Of a stretch of 64,000 nucleotides of DNA, positions 51,052 to 61,408 are shown piece after piece. Each line of letters opens with the position of its first letter. The first letter of the stretch is position 1. Source of the DNA: Candidatus Heimdallarchaeota archaeon (GTDB lineage Archaea > Asgardarchaeota > Heimdallarchaeia > Heimdallarchaeales > Heimdallarchaeaceae). The notes beneath the pieces are model-generated. The model saw only the letters and a program-made list of their open reading frames with translations, was not told the origin of the DNA and ran no database searches. The position numbers were made by a program, and so were the translations under genes. The stretch is taken from the NCBI GenBank assembly GCA_019057815.1, contig JAHLWR010000004.1, positions 64,001 to 128,000 on the forward strand, given 5' to 3'.

Positions 51052-52854
51052 TTAATCCACTATTAGATTGCAGATTTTATCAGCTTCTGATTCTTTTCCT
51101 ATCCATCTTAGAATCTCTTCTAATCCTCTCAAGCTTAGTGTATTTGTTCGAACATCACTTGGTGATTCTTTAGTCAATCTTATAATCTTCTCAACATCAA
51201 GATCCTCTTTTACCCAAATTGAGCTGGACATTAACATTCTATCTTTTTCAAAGACAACGTCTTGCCCATCAGCTGTAAAGAAAATATTATCTCGAAATTC
51301 ATTTAATCTGAAATCTTTAGATCCCATTGAGGTTAATAGATGTAAATATCCCTTCTTGATTATTGCATATGAATAGAAACAGAAAGAACTAAAATCGAAT
51401 CTATAAAGGTTAGAAAACTTCTTCCATTCTTCCTTATTAGGTCCTTTTTCATCTAAGGGACCACCATCATAATCTAATATTACAATCCTTCCAGTTGAAT
51501 CAATTGCCTTTAGCTTTATTGGTCTTCCATCTTCATCTTTGAAAAATTCGATAATTGGAAAAACTTTAGTGGAGAAAATGCTTTCTGAGTGAGATTCTAG
51601 ATTGATTTCTTCTCCTTTATAGTTGAATATAAGGTTTTGATCTTTTAATTCAATATTAATGTCCATCATCATTCTAGATATGTATTTTCCCTGTAATCGT
51701 TCTAGCTTTTCAATATCCAATTTTATTGTAGGTGGTAATTGAACTTTATCATTGATTGTTACATCTTCAGGTACTTCTCCTAGTTTTTCTTTCACTAGTC
51801 CTGACATGATTTTTTCTGCCATTTCTGCAATGAAAGGCATAGTATCTACAATCTGATTACATTCTAACAAAAGACCGATTCCTAGCTCTGGAATAAAACG
51901 ATGTCCACAGAAACAACCATCTCCATCCCCAAAAAATGATAACATTAGTTTTCCATCATATTTGTTTTTTACAACTCCAAGCCCCATACCTATTGTAGAG
52001 AGTTCATATTCTTCTGCAAAAGGGATAGTATATACTTCTTCCAGTAATTCCTGTTTCAGAAATACTTTTCCATCAACAATTCCATTATTAAGATGCATTT
52101 TAATAAATTTGGACATATCATTCACAGACGAATAATGACCTGCTGCACCAATAAAGGGACTGATAAATTTTGCAGAATCAAATTCACTATCATTTTCATG
52201 CCCTTTTGCCCAATTTGCATTTCCTAGTACGTTAGCTGTTCCTATTATACTTCTAGACATCCCCAAAGGCTCGTAAATTTTCTTCTTAACATAGTCGCTA
52301 AATTTCATACATGTTATTCTTTGTAAAACAAAAGGAATCAGGTCATATCCTGCATTAGAATAGGAATAAGAATGTCTCTCTCCTACTAGAAATTTCTGCC
52401 AACTATCATTTATCTTGCTAATGTATTTTTCAAAGGAAAAAAGTCCTTCTGCTCCTGGTTCTGTTGTTTGAGTAAAATGCTGTAATCCTGATCTGTGAGT
52501 CAATAAATGTCGAAGAGTAATTTTCTCCCTTTCCTTAACTCCAAATCGAGTGTTCCAATTAAATTCAGGATAATGCTTTACGAGAGGATCATCTAGATTG
52601 ACTAAACCATCTTGAACTGCTAGAAGGAAAGCTGTAGTCGTATAAGCTTTTGCTAAAGAACCAATCCAAAATAAAGTGTCAGAATTAACTTCTCTAGTTT
52701 TGTTTCTGTCAATGAAACCAAAACCTTCAGTCCAAACAATTCCATCCTTTGAAACTAGAGCCACTGACATTCCCGGTATATTGTATTTCTTCATACCAGC
52801 AACAATGTCATCTTTAATTTCGTTAATGAGAGTAGAAAGATTTTCTTTTTGCAT
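51052..52854 (-). CDS. Serine hydrolase, beta-lactamase class C-like family
   Basis: F.IGSLAK (SxxK), LLTHRSG, YSN, PLGM. Confidence 0.9.
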   Translation of the reverse strand: MQKENLSTLINEIKDDIVAGMKKYNIPGMSVALVSKDGIVWTEGFGFIDRNKTREVNSDTLFWIGSLAKAYTTTAFLLAVQDGLVNLDDPLVKHYPEFNWNTRFGVKEREKITLRHLLTHRSGLQHFTQTTEPGAEGLFSFEKYISKINDSWQKFLVGERHSYSYSNAGYDLIPFVLQRITCMKFSDYVKKKIYEPLGMSRSIIGTANVLGNANWAKGHENDSEFDSAKFISPFIGAAGHYSSVNDMSKFIKMHLNNGIVDGKVFLKQELLEEVYTIPFAEEYELSTIGMGLGVVKNKYDGKLMLSFFGDGDGCFCGHRFIPELGIGLLLECNQIVDTMPFIAEMAEKIMSGLVKEKLGEVPEDVTINDKVQLPPTIKLDIEKLERLQGKYISRMMMDINIELKDQNLIFNYKGEEINLESHSESIFSTKVFPIIEFFKDEDGRPIKLKAIDSTGRIVILDYDGGPLDEKGPNKEEWKKFSNLYRFDFSSFCFYSYAIIKKGYLHLLTSMGSKDFRLNEFRDNIFFTADGQDVVFEKDRMLMSSSIWVKEDLDVEKIIRLTKESPSDVRTNTLSLRGLEEILRWIGKESEADKICNLIVD

Positions 52855-53016
52855 AAATTTCAGCTGAAGAGATTAGTTATTTTATATATATCTATCTCAA
52901 ACAATAATGTAAAATCTTGTTGTACTTCTTGTGTTGATAATATTGGGACTAAATCAACTTAGATAGTTTCCACAAATTTAGAAAAAGGTTATAACGTAAT
53001 AACGGAAAGTTTAACC

Positions 53017-54681
53017 ATGGCTAATTGGGATTATACAACAGATGTATTAGTAGTAGGATCGGGAGGAGGGGGTATGACAGCAGCTCTTGTGGCAAAGAAA
53101 GCTGGTTTGGATGTTATTGTTATTGAAAAAACACAATATTATGGAGGTTCCACTGCTCTCTCTGGAGGAGGTGTATGGATACCAAATAACTATCTTCTAG
53201 AAAAGAATGGAATTAATGATTCAATGGAAAAAGCTAGAACTTACATGGATAATACTGTTGGAGATCGTGTTCCTTCAGAATTCAAAGAAGCTTATTTGGT
53301 TAATGCTCCTAAAATGATTGATTGGTTGAGAGAAAATACTAAACTTAAATTTCTTTATATTCCAAATTACTCGGATTATCATCCAGAAAGACCTGGTGGA
53401 ATTCCTCAAGGTCGAGCTTTAGAAGCTAAACCGTTCAATGGTAGTAAACTAAAGAAAGATTTGAAACATCTTAATGCATTACCATATGATGTTCCACTTG
53501 GAATTAGTTTTACAATCACTGAGTATCATAATTTAGGAATGATAATGTCAACTTGGATTGGAAAATGGACTGCTCTTAAAGCTGGGATACGTGCTATCAT
53601 TGGTTTATTGATCCGCTATAGACACCTCACTTTAGGGAATGCACTAATTGGTAGGTTGAGAAAATCTATGCAAGATATTAACATTCCTCTTTGGCTTAAC
53701 ACCCCCTTTGAAGATCTAATATTGGAAGAAGAAAAAGTAGTTGGTGTCATTGCTAAGAAAGAAGGTTCTGAAATAAGAATAAAAGCTGAACATAGTGTAA
53801 TTCTCGCAGCTGGAGGTTTTCCACATAACCTGGAAATGAGAGAAAAATATCATCCAAAGCCTATAACAACTGAATGGACATCAGCACATTTTGGGAATAC
53901 TGGAGACGCGATTTTATCAGGAATGAAACATGGTGCTGCTGTTGATCTTATGGATGATGCTTGGTGGGGACCTTCATCTACTCCACCTGAAGATCCACCT
54001 TTCTTCCATGTTGGAGAACGAGGTTACCCTGGAGGAATTATGGTTAACAAAGCAGGTAAGCGTTTTACCAATGAATCTGCTAGTTATGTAGTGGTTGTAC
54101 ATGATATGTATGAAAAACATTCAGAAGAAATACCTCATGTCCCATGTTATTTTATTTTTGATCAACGTTTCAAATCGAAATATATGTTTGGATTGGTTTT
54201 CCCAGGGATGAAGTTTCCTGAGAAATATATTGAGAGTGGGTATATCAAAACTGCAGAAACACTGGAAGAGCTAGCTAAGAAAATTGATGTTAATGCACAA
54301 AATCTTAGTGATACAGTTAAAAGCTTTAACGACTTTGCTAGAAAAGGAAAGGATCAAGATTATGGTAGGGGAGATAGTGCATATGACCATTATTTTGGAG
54401 ATCCAAAAGTTAAACCCAATCCAAATCTGTTTCCTTTAGAAAAACCAACATTTTATGCCGTAAATTTTGTTCCTGGAGATTTGGGAACTAAAGGAGGTCT
54501 TGTTACTAACGAACATGCTCAAGTTTTGCGAAAAGATGGAACAATAATTGAGGGATTATATGCTGTTGGTAACAGCTCTTCCTCTGTTATGGGAAATAGT
54601 TATCCTGGACCTGGTGCGACTGTAGGACCTACAATGACTTTTGGCTATGTTGCAGCAAAACACATATCGAAGAAGAAATGA
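53017..54681 (+). CDS. FAD-dependent oxidoreductase, 3-ketosteroid delta-1-dehydrogenase (KstD)-like
   Basis: VVGSGGGG, GGSTALSGGGVWIP, YSDYHPE.PGG, GKRFTNES..Y, GDLGTKGG, YPGPGAT.G. Confidence 0.8.
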   Translation: MANWDYTTDVLVVGSGGGGMTAALVAKKAGLDVIVIEKTQYYGGSTALSGGGVWIPNNYLLEKNGINDSMEKARTYMDNTVGDRVPSEFKEAYLVNAPKMIDWLRENTKLKFLYIPNYSDYHPERPGGIPQGRALEAKPFNGSKLKKDLKHLNALPYDVPLGISFTITEYHNLGMIMSTWIGKWTALKAGIRAIIGLLIRYRHLTLGNALIGRLRKSMQDINIPLWLNTPFEDLILEEEKVVGVIAKKEGSEIRIKAEHSVILAAGGFPHNLEMREKYHPKPITTEWTSAHFGNTGDAILSGMKHGAAVDLMDDAWWGPSSTPPEDPPFFHVGERGYPGGIMVNKAGKRFTNESASYVVVVHDMYEKHSEEIPHVPCYFIFDQRFKSKYMFGLVFPGMKFPEKYIESGYIKTAETLEELAKKIDVNAQNLSDTVKSFNDFARKGKDQDYGRGDSAYDHYFGDPKVKPNPNLFPLEKPTFYAVNFVPGDLGTKGGLVTNEHAQVLRKDGTIIEGLYAVGNSSSSVMGNSYPGPGATVGPTMTFGYVAAKHISKKK

Positions 54682-54839
54682 CAGTGTAAGATTCAGAAAC
54701 TTACTCTCTCATATTCTTTTCCCTCTTCTTCTACCCATTTCATATAATTAAAACTCAACATAGACTGATTGGAAAAATGATCTTGAATCTGGCAATATTT
54801 AACAGCTTATTTATATCTAGACATATTCATTGTGTACCA

Positions 54840-55736
54840 ATGAAGTCTTCAAGAGGAGTTAAAATCAATTACAGTTTTGTAAATCTTGTATTAGAGTATT
54901 TCACAAATCCATCAGAGGATAAATTATTCCAAATTAGTGAACACGCTGCAGCAAGAAAAGTCCTCTTAAATGCTCAGATTTCTAATCCTAGTCTCAAAGA
55001 TATTGTGGAATTTTGGGAGAAAATATTAGAAAAGGAGAGAAATAAAGAAAAAGAATATATTTCTGGAATTAAATCTTGCATTGCATACATTGAGGATAAC
55101 ATTGAAGATTTATTTGAATATTCTAAAGAGCTTTACAGTTATCTTCCTGATGGTTTTGTATTTGACTGTACTCTCTATCTTCACATAGGATATGATATTG
55201 GAATTGTAGCTGAAGGTGATGCATTATTGAATGTTGGTCATAAAATCTTCCATCAGAACAAAAGAGAATTAATCTATTTTGCACTTCATGAATTACATCA
55301 TGTAGGATTTACTCGTTATTATAATCCAATGAGATCTTTGTCAAAAATACATACAAAATCTGATTTAATCAAATTAATTGAAGGACTCACACATCTCGAG
55401 GGTACAGCAACCTATGCAATTAAAGAGTTAAGAGAAAGGGAGAATCAACTTGCGTTTTTTGATTATAAAGTATTAAACGATAAAACAAGAAGGAAAGAAA
55501 CAGTGGATGAGTATTTCGACATATACGACAAATACAAATATGCGCAAAGTATTCCAATTGAAGATGGAGTTGTTGATATACTTGAGGTAATGTCTGGGAA
55601 GAACAAACGTTTATGGTATGTAACAGGAGCCCATATAGCTGAAGAAATAGACAAAAATTTTGGCAGAGAGGAGCTCAATCAGACTATTGTTAATGGTTCA
55701 GAAGCATTCTTTGAGAAATATAATAGTCTATTCTAA
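54840..55736 (+). CDS. Putative Zn-dependent protease (HExxH)
   Basis: LHELHH followed by EGTATY. Likely start MKSSRG. Confidence 0.75.
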   Translation: MKSSRGVKINYSFVNLVLEYFTNPSEDKLFQISEHAAARKVLLNAQISNPSLKDIVEFWEKILEKERNKEKEYISGIKSCIAYIEDNIEDLFEYSKELYSYLPDGFVFDCTLYLHIGYDIGIVAEGDALLNVGHKIFHQNKRELIYFALHELHHVGFTRYYNPMRSLSKIHTKSDLIKLIEGLTHLEGTATYAIKELRERENQLAFFDYKVLNDKTRRKETVDEYFDIYDKYKYAQSIPIEDGVVDILEVMSGKNKRLWYVTGAHIAEEIDKNFGREELNQTIVNGSEAFFEKYNSLF

Positions 55737-55958
55737 TCTTGACTGGATTTTAAGATTTGAACATAATCTTGGTAAACCTTGCTATTCAAGAAATTCCGAT
55801 GAAATTGGTGAAATAGCTCAACTCTTTCCAAATCGGTAGTTGTAGATTTTACTATTTTGGCTAATATTGAATCAATCTCTGGATCTCTTTTGCTTAAGTC
55901 TTCCATCAAACCTTCTTGCGTGAATCCATTAAACTATTATGTTTGTAGATTATACAAT

Positions 55959-56550
55959 TTAAACAATTACTCTTTTAATCTGTTGCACTATCTTTTGAAC
56001 AACAGTAGATTCAAATTCGTCTGCAAGAATGTCCATAAAAATAACGTCATATTTTTCGTTACCTAAGATTCTTGCTTGTCTTCTGCTGCCTATTATCTTG
56101 AATCCAACCTTTTCATAACAGTTAATAGCTCGCTCATTAAATGAAAAAGTTCCTAACATGATACTGTTTAGATTAAGTAGGTTAAAACCATAATCTAAGG
56201 TTAATATTGTTGCTTCGTACCCATACCTTATCCCAGAACTCCTTTCTTCCTATAGCTATTCCAAATCTAGCAGTTCTATTAACAAGGTCAACAGCTAAAA
56301 GCATTGAACGTCCAATAACAGCATCAGTTTCCTTATCACATATGCTAAAAACATGAACATCGTTTTTTATCATACTACTAATAAGTTCTTTTTGATTTTC
56401 AAGAGTAATGATAGTATAAGCTTCATCACCAAGAGGGATAGTTACTTCTAAATCATTCATCCATTCTGCCCACAATTTAGCATGGTCTAAACTAATTGGT
56501 GATAGATAACATTTTTCTCCTATTAGTTTTTTAGCTAACATAAATTTCAT
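55959..56550 (-). pseudogene. RimJ/RimL-type GNAT acetyltransferase, frameshifted near 56225
   Basis: The expected WDKGYG motif is broken (TGGGATAAGGTATGGG); the C-terminal half N.RAI.CYEKVGF is in another frame. Confidence 0.82.
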
Positions 56551-56718
56551 GGTTTTGATAGTTGTTAGGTTTATATCTTTTACTTTGTAGCCTTTCTCTG
56601 TCTGTTGTTAATTACTTTGTCAGTCAAAAATAAGGGAAGGATTCTTGAAAGTCTCATTTTTCTTATTTTACTTCTTTTACTTAAATCCAAAATATAACAC
56701 TAGTTAGTTTTTCTGATA

Positions 56719-56775
56719 GTTCCCACTGTTCTTTCTAGAAGAGTATTTACTCGTGTTGTCTGCAACAAAATGAAA
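56719..56775. repeat. ~57-bp dispersed repeat D
   Basis: GTTCCCACTGTTCTTT...GAGTA.TTA...TTGTCT...AAAATGAAA shared with 60285-60342; partial similarity to 51001-51044. Confidence 0.7.
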
Positions 56776-56811
56776 ATATAGTTTTATAGGTCTCAGAGTT
56801 TCTTTGAAGAA

Positions 56812-57096
56812 TTAATAGAAACCTTTCCTGTCTGAAATCTCCGTAAAATCTAATTTCCTCGCTTTTTTATTTATTTTATATTTGATTCTATACTTTCCAA
56901 AACGAATGCGATAACAATCTTTTTCTAATTTAATTGGTTTTATGTCATACCTTTCAATCAAAGGCAATAAAGAAGGAGACTCTTTAAGTTCTTTTACAAA
57001 TTCTTTTAGCTTGTCTTTAATGTGTTTAGGGATTTTATTCCGTTTATCTTTCATTTGTTTTTGAAAGGAGTCAGTAAAATTGATGTCGTAGGTGAT
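56812..57096 (-). CDS. relE: RelE/ParE family toxin
   Basis: YRIRFGKYRIKY and final R..FY. The RelE-like N-terminus ITYDINFTDSF extends upstream of the ATG at 57054. Confidence 0.85.
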   Translation of the reverse strand: MTYDINFTDSFQKQMKDKRNKIPKHIKDKLKEFVKELKESPSLLPLIERYDIKPIKLEKDCYRIRFGKYRIKYKINKKARKLDFTEISDRKGFY

Positions 57097-57111
57097 TTAG
57101 ACCCACTCCGC

Positions 57112-57630
57112 TTATTCCCACATTTCCCTGTCATCACTTAAGTCTTCCCAGCTTTTTACTTTACCTTTTTTACTCTCTTTGAGTCCCTTTTTGAATCTTT
57201 TCAGTTCCTCTTTGCTCATCTCCTCTTCTTCTGGAGGTAATAAATCCAGTGCCTGTATAAATTCTTCGAATTTGTTATATAGTTCAAATATTAATTTTCC
57301 TTTTTCTACCTTGATATTGATAATATCAAGGACATCCCACTCTAATTTGTTAATGATTTCAATGGGCAGTTTTACACTATTTTCATGAGAAATGAAGGTT
57401 TGATTCTTATTTAGAAGATTTAGAAGAATTTTCAATTTATCTTGTTTTTCAGTTCTTTGTACAGGTAGTATTTTATATTCAGGGAATTTCTCATAACCTA
57501 TATTTTCTTTATATGATTTATACTCACAATCTTTAGTATATAGAAACTTTTTTTCTTCTTTTTTTTCTTCAAATTTTTCTAGTTTCTCTGTTTCATATTT
57601 TTTCAGTATAGTATTACTCATCCCTATCAC
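57112..57630 (-). CDS. Probable antitoxin (AbrB/MazE-like domain + acidic/amphipathic tail)
   Basis: SVKLPIEIINKLEW..DIINIKVEKGKLIF is AbrB-like; tail EELKRFKKGLKESKKGKVKSWEDL; directly upstream of relE. Confidence 0.7.
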   Translation of the reverse strand: MIGMSNTILKKYETEKLEKFEEKKEEKKFLYTKDCEYKSYKENIGYEKFPEYKILPVQRTEKQDKLKILLNLLNKNQTFISHENSVKLPIEIINKLEWDVLDIINIKVEKGKLIFELYNKFEEFIQALDLLPPEEEEMSKEELKRFKKGLKESKKGKVKSWEDLSDDREMWE

Positions 57631-58231
57631 CTACTACCTCTCTTCTAATTTTTTTGAGTTTTTCTATTAGTTTCTCTATCTCTAATTTTGATAATACCAG
57701 ATTGCAGTTTTCATTTTTATAATTCGGTGTAGTATATTCAAAGTTTAGATTCACAAGCTGCACTTCAAAACTATCATCATGAGACTTAATTGCCTTTTTT
57801 AAAATTTCATGTTTGATTCTATATAATGAATTTAAGTTACTTTCTAGATATGATATTATGTACTGTTTAGTGTCCTTATCAATGAAATCAACTATTTTAT
57901 TAAGTTTCTCACTTGCTTCAGTATCAATATTATCAATTTCTTGTATTTTACCAGTTTTGAATATGTCATAGATGGATGGTAATAAGGTTGCTAATATAAG
58001 ATGGGCTTCATCATCGTTTAAGCCTAGATCTTTTTCAAGATCAGATATTTTACGTAATCTTACTCCAAAACCACTTTCAGATTTTTGAATTAAAATGTCT
58101 TCATCTATAATAGCTTCTCTAAATAAGCTTGCGATTATTTTTGAGGATTTTTCATCAATATTAGATAATGCTTTTACAAGTTTCTTTTCTTTTTCTAAAT
58201 CTGGTTCTATCTGATTTATATCATCTGACAT
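57614..58231 (-). CDS. Hypothetical protein with a COMMD-like pattern
   Basis: 205 aa; helical N-terminal part followed by a three-strand + helix C-terminal pattern (see findings). Confidence 0.5.
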   Translation of the reverse strand: MSDDINQIEPDLEKEKKLVKALSNIDEKSSKIIASLFREAIIDEDILIQKSESGFGVRLRKISDLEKDLGLNDDEAHLILATLLPSIYDIFKTGKIQEIDNIDTEASEKLNKIVDFIDKDTKQYIISYLESNLNSLYRIKHEILKKAIKSHDDSFEVQLVNLNFEYTTPNYKNENCNLVLSKLEIEKLIEKLKKIRREVVGDRDE

Positions 58232-58419
58232 TTATTCACTTATCCTAAAATCCTTAATAAGGATTTTTCATATACAATGATAAATATTCGTATATTTGTT
58301 TCTAAAAAACTATAAAAACATATATTGTTTAGATTTTTCAAGAAAAACAGAATTCCATGTTTGTTTCATATCTATCTTGTGTTTATCTTAATATGTTGAA
58401 ATTTCTTTGAATAGGAGAT

Positions 58420-58680
58420 AAAAGAAAGAGAGAATCAACTGTCATTCTTTGACTATGATGCTCTGAATAACAAAAAAAGCGTGCAGAATCAGTAGAAGAG
58501 TATTTTGAGATATATAATAAATATAAAACTGCTAAAAATCTTCCAGTAGAAGACAGTGATTTTGAAATACTTGAGGTAATATCCAGGAAGAACAAACGTT
58601 TATGGTATGTCACAGCTCATATGGCTGAAGAAATAGATGTGAAACTTGAAGAGATGAGCTTAACAAAACAATCATTAAAG
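58420..58680 (+). pseudogene. Degenerate duplicate of the 3' part of the HExxH gene 54840-55736
   Basis: Shares GAGAATCAACT..., ATACTTGAGGTAAT.TC..GGAAGAACAAACGTTTATGGTATGT.ACAG and GCTGAAGAAATAGA with ~55430-55700; contains stops and indels. Confidence 0.8.
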
Positions 58681-58694
58681 TTTGTTATTTGTAG

Positions 58695-60001
58695 CTAATC
58701 TAATTCAAAATATTTCAGAGTTTTTGCCTTTGATTCTGATATAATTTCTTCAGGAAGTTCATCAAAAGCAAAGTCAAAAATACTTATATTCCCTGAGTTT
58801 AGTTCGATAACTTGTTCATTGTCACTTGGTTGTGAAATTTGCAATTCTGTAGCATTATTTAATAGAATATATTGAATATTATCCACATATTCTAACAAAG
58901 AACTAACCTCTGTATAACTTTGCCTTTTAGATGGTTTAAGTCGGAATCCTACAATTGAATTCTTCAATTTTTCAGAATCATATTCATCAAATGAATGAAT
59001 TGGGAAATTATTGATCATTCCTCCGTTTACCATAAGATTTACGGAATTAAAATCCTTCGTAACAGATTGAATTTCTTTTTCAGTTTGTTTTAATAGAACT
59101 GGTTTGAATAAAAATGGAATACCAACCGACATTCTTACTGCATCTGCCACGCAAAGATCTTGCCACTTCTCATTATTCCTGAAATAGAACACTTTTTTTG
59201 TATTTATACAAACAGCAGTAATAACTAAATCTACATTAAACTCTTTAACAAACATCTCAAAAGTACAATTTTTTATTCCAGATTTTTTTTCTATCCAGTC
59301 ATCAAACATATTTCTTAATGTATCACCCAAGAATAGTCCATTTCATATTTTAAACTGTTAAAAGAATGTAAAGGTTCTTTTAAAACATGAGTTAGTGCAG
59401 GACTAATTGTTTCTGATTTTACTAATTCTTTGATAAGAGAATTAGCAGAATTATCAAAATGCTTTTTTTTTGTTTTTCTTGCTTCGTAACTTAAATACCC
59501 TCGTAATAGAAAAGAAAAAAATTGTAAACTACTTCGTTTGAAAACATTTTTTGGTAACCCTAATAAGTTTTTGATTTTTTTGTCTTCAGATTTCAGATAA
59601 TTTGACCATGAGGATTTAATATATTTATCAACATTCTTGAATCTTGGGTCTTGAATAATGATATCTGTATTTTTCTTTGTGTATATCGTAGGCATCTTCC
59701 CAAATTCTACATTATCAAGGACATTTTTACCTATATTTTGTGAAAAAATTTCTCGAAGTTCTTCAGGAGTATAACAACATGCTACAAGTAAAGCGGACAT
59801 AGAACCAGCTGAAGTCCCAGACACACCGAGAATTTTATTTGGGTTTAATCTTATTGAGGTTTGTCCATTAACTTCTTTTTTAATATATGATAAAATTCCT
59901 AACTCTTCTAAAGCTTGAAGAGCACCAATATATGCAATCCCTTTACCCCCTCCACCCTCAAAAGCCAAATATCTGACATCTTCTTTAGAAATTTTTACCA
60001 T
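58695..60001 (-). pseudogene. Patatin-like phospholipase, frameshifted
   Basis: FEGGGGKG and GTSAG in 59315-60001; AVRMS.GIPFLF.P in 58695-59330; 1-nt loss near 59340; the catalytic DGG reads NGG. Confidence 0.85.
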
Positions 60002-60284
60002 AAAAACACCAAATTCGATTCCAATCTAGATATAAAAATAGAATATTGTTTTTAGTGTTTTTGATAGATGATATCCAGTAGATGCTATGTTTTCAAAACT
60101 ATGAATATGATTTACAAAAAAAAGTACTGAATAAAAGATAAGCATCTTATATACAAATTACATGACCAAAAACATTAAAAGAAATCTTAATGTTAAATTA
60201 TCAAAACCAAACTTATATACTTGTCATTTTTTTCTTCAATAAAATGTAAGAAATGAATAATTGGGGGGATGGTTTTGCTTGGTG

Positions 60285-60342
60285 GTTCCCACTGTTCTTT
60301 TTAAAGAGTAGTTATTTTTTTTGTCTTTGAAATAAAATGAAA
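60285..60342. repeat. ~58-bp dispersed repeat E
   Basis: Direct repeat of 56719-56775. Confidence 0.7.
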
Positions 60343-60407
60343 TCCTAGAAAAATATTAGTAAATCAGTAAGGAAAACCTTTTTGTATATTTTTGAAACTA
60401 TTTTTCT

Positions 60408-61232
60408 ATGCATTGGGAAAAGGAGCGAGATATCGTGAAGAGAACAGATATTCCAATCACTCAAAAAAGTTTATCCAAGTATTTACGAGAAACTGGACTA
60501 GGTATAGGAGATACTGTCATAGTACATAGTTCTATGAGTAAGATTGGATGGGTTGTTGGAGGTCCTGTATCTGTTACTAATGCTCTAATGGATGTTCTTA
60601 CAACTAAAGGGACCTTAGTTATGCCTACTTTTTCAACAGATAATACTAACCCAAAAAATTGGGGGTCTCCTCCTGTTCCTGAAAGCTGGTGGCTCATAAT
60701 AAGAGAGAATATGCCAGCTTATAAAGAAGAAATTAGTCCAACTCGAGGAATGGGTAGAGTTCCTGAAACATTTCGAAACTATCCTACTGTTAAACGATCA
60801 CCTCATCCTCAGTGTTCTTTTACAGCTTGGGGGAAAGACAAAGAGCTTATATGTACAACTCATCCATTATTTCCAGTATTTGGGGATAACTCTCCTTTAG
60901 AACGATTATATCATCTAAACGCAAAAATTTTACTTCTAGGAGTAGATCATAGTAGTAACACTTCACTTCATTATTCTGAATGGAAAGCAAAACTACACAA
61001 CCACCCATTTGAAGATCAAGGAGCTTCAGTGATGAAGAATGGAAAACAGACTTGGGAAGCATGGAAAGATATTAAATATTCCGATGAAGATTTTTATAAA
61101 GTAGGAAAAGAGTTTGAAGAAACTTATGATATACCAACTTTCTTCGTTGGTCAAGCAAGAACCAAATTGCTTTCTATGCAAGAATTAGTCGATTTTACAA
61201 TCCCCTGGTTTCAGAAAAATCGTAAATATTGA
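60408..61232 (+). CDS. AAC(3)/YokD family N-acetyltransferase
   Basis: VHSSMS.IGWV.GG, GTLVMPT, RS.HP..SF.A.G, NTSLH..E. Confidence 0.92.
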   Translation: MHWEKERDIVKRTDIPITQKSLSKYLRETGLGIGDTVIVHSSMSKIGWVVGGPVSVTNALMDVLTTKGTLVMPTFSTDNTNPKNWGSPPVPESWWLIIRENMPAYKEEISPTRGMGRVPETFRNYPTVKRSPHPQCSFTAWGKDKELICTTHPLFPVFGDNSPLERLYHLNAKILLLGVDHSSNTSLHYSEWKAKLHNHPFEDQGASVMKNGKQTWEAWKDIKYSDEDFYKVGKEFEETYDIPTFFVGQARTKLLSMQELVDFTIPWFQKNRKY

Positions 61233-61408
61233 AAATAGTAATAAGTAATATTTGTTAATCCAAATCATTATTTCTCGTCTTGTGGTCAACCTCTAACCAC
61301 TCTTATATAGAGATAAAATTCGTTTTGAAGGACAAATCTTATACTTTAGAAGTTGTAAGATAATTGAAAAATAGGGAATAAGGGAAATATAAATTCCCAG
61401 AAAGACTG

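Noticed and set aside
26600-61300. Integron cassette array
   Set aside because: Cargo is cassette-like, but orientations are mixed and I found no recurring attC-like sites or tyrosine integrase.
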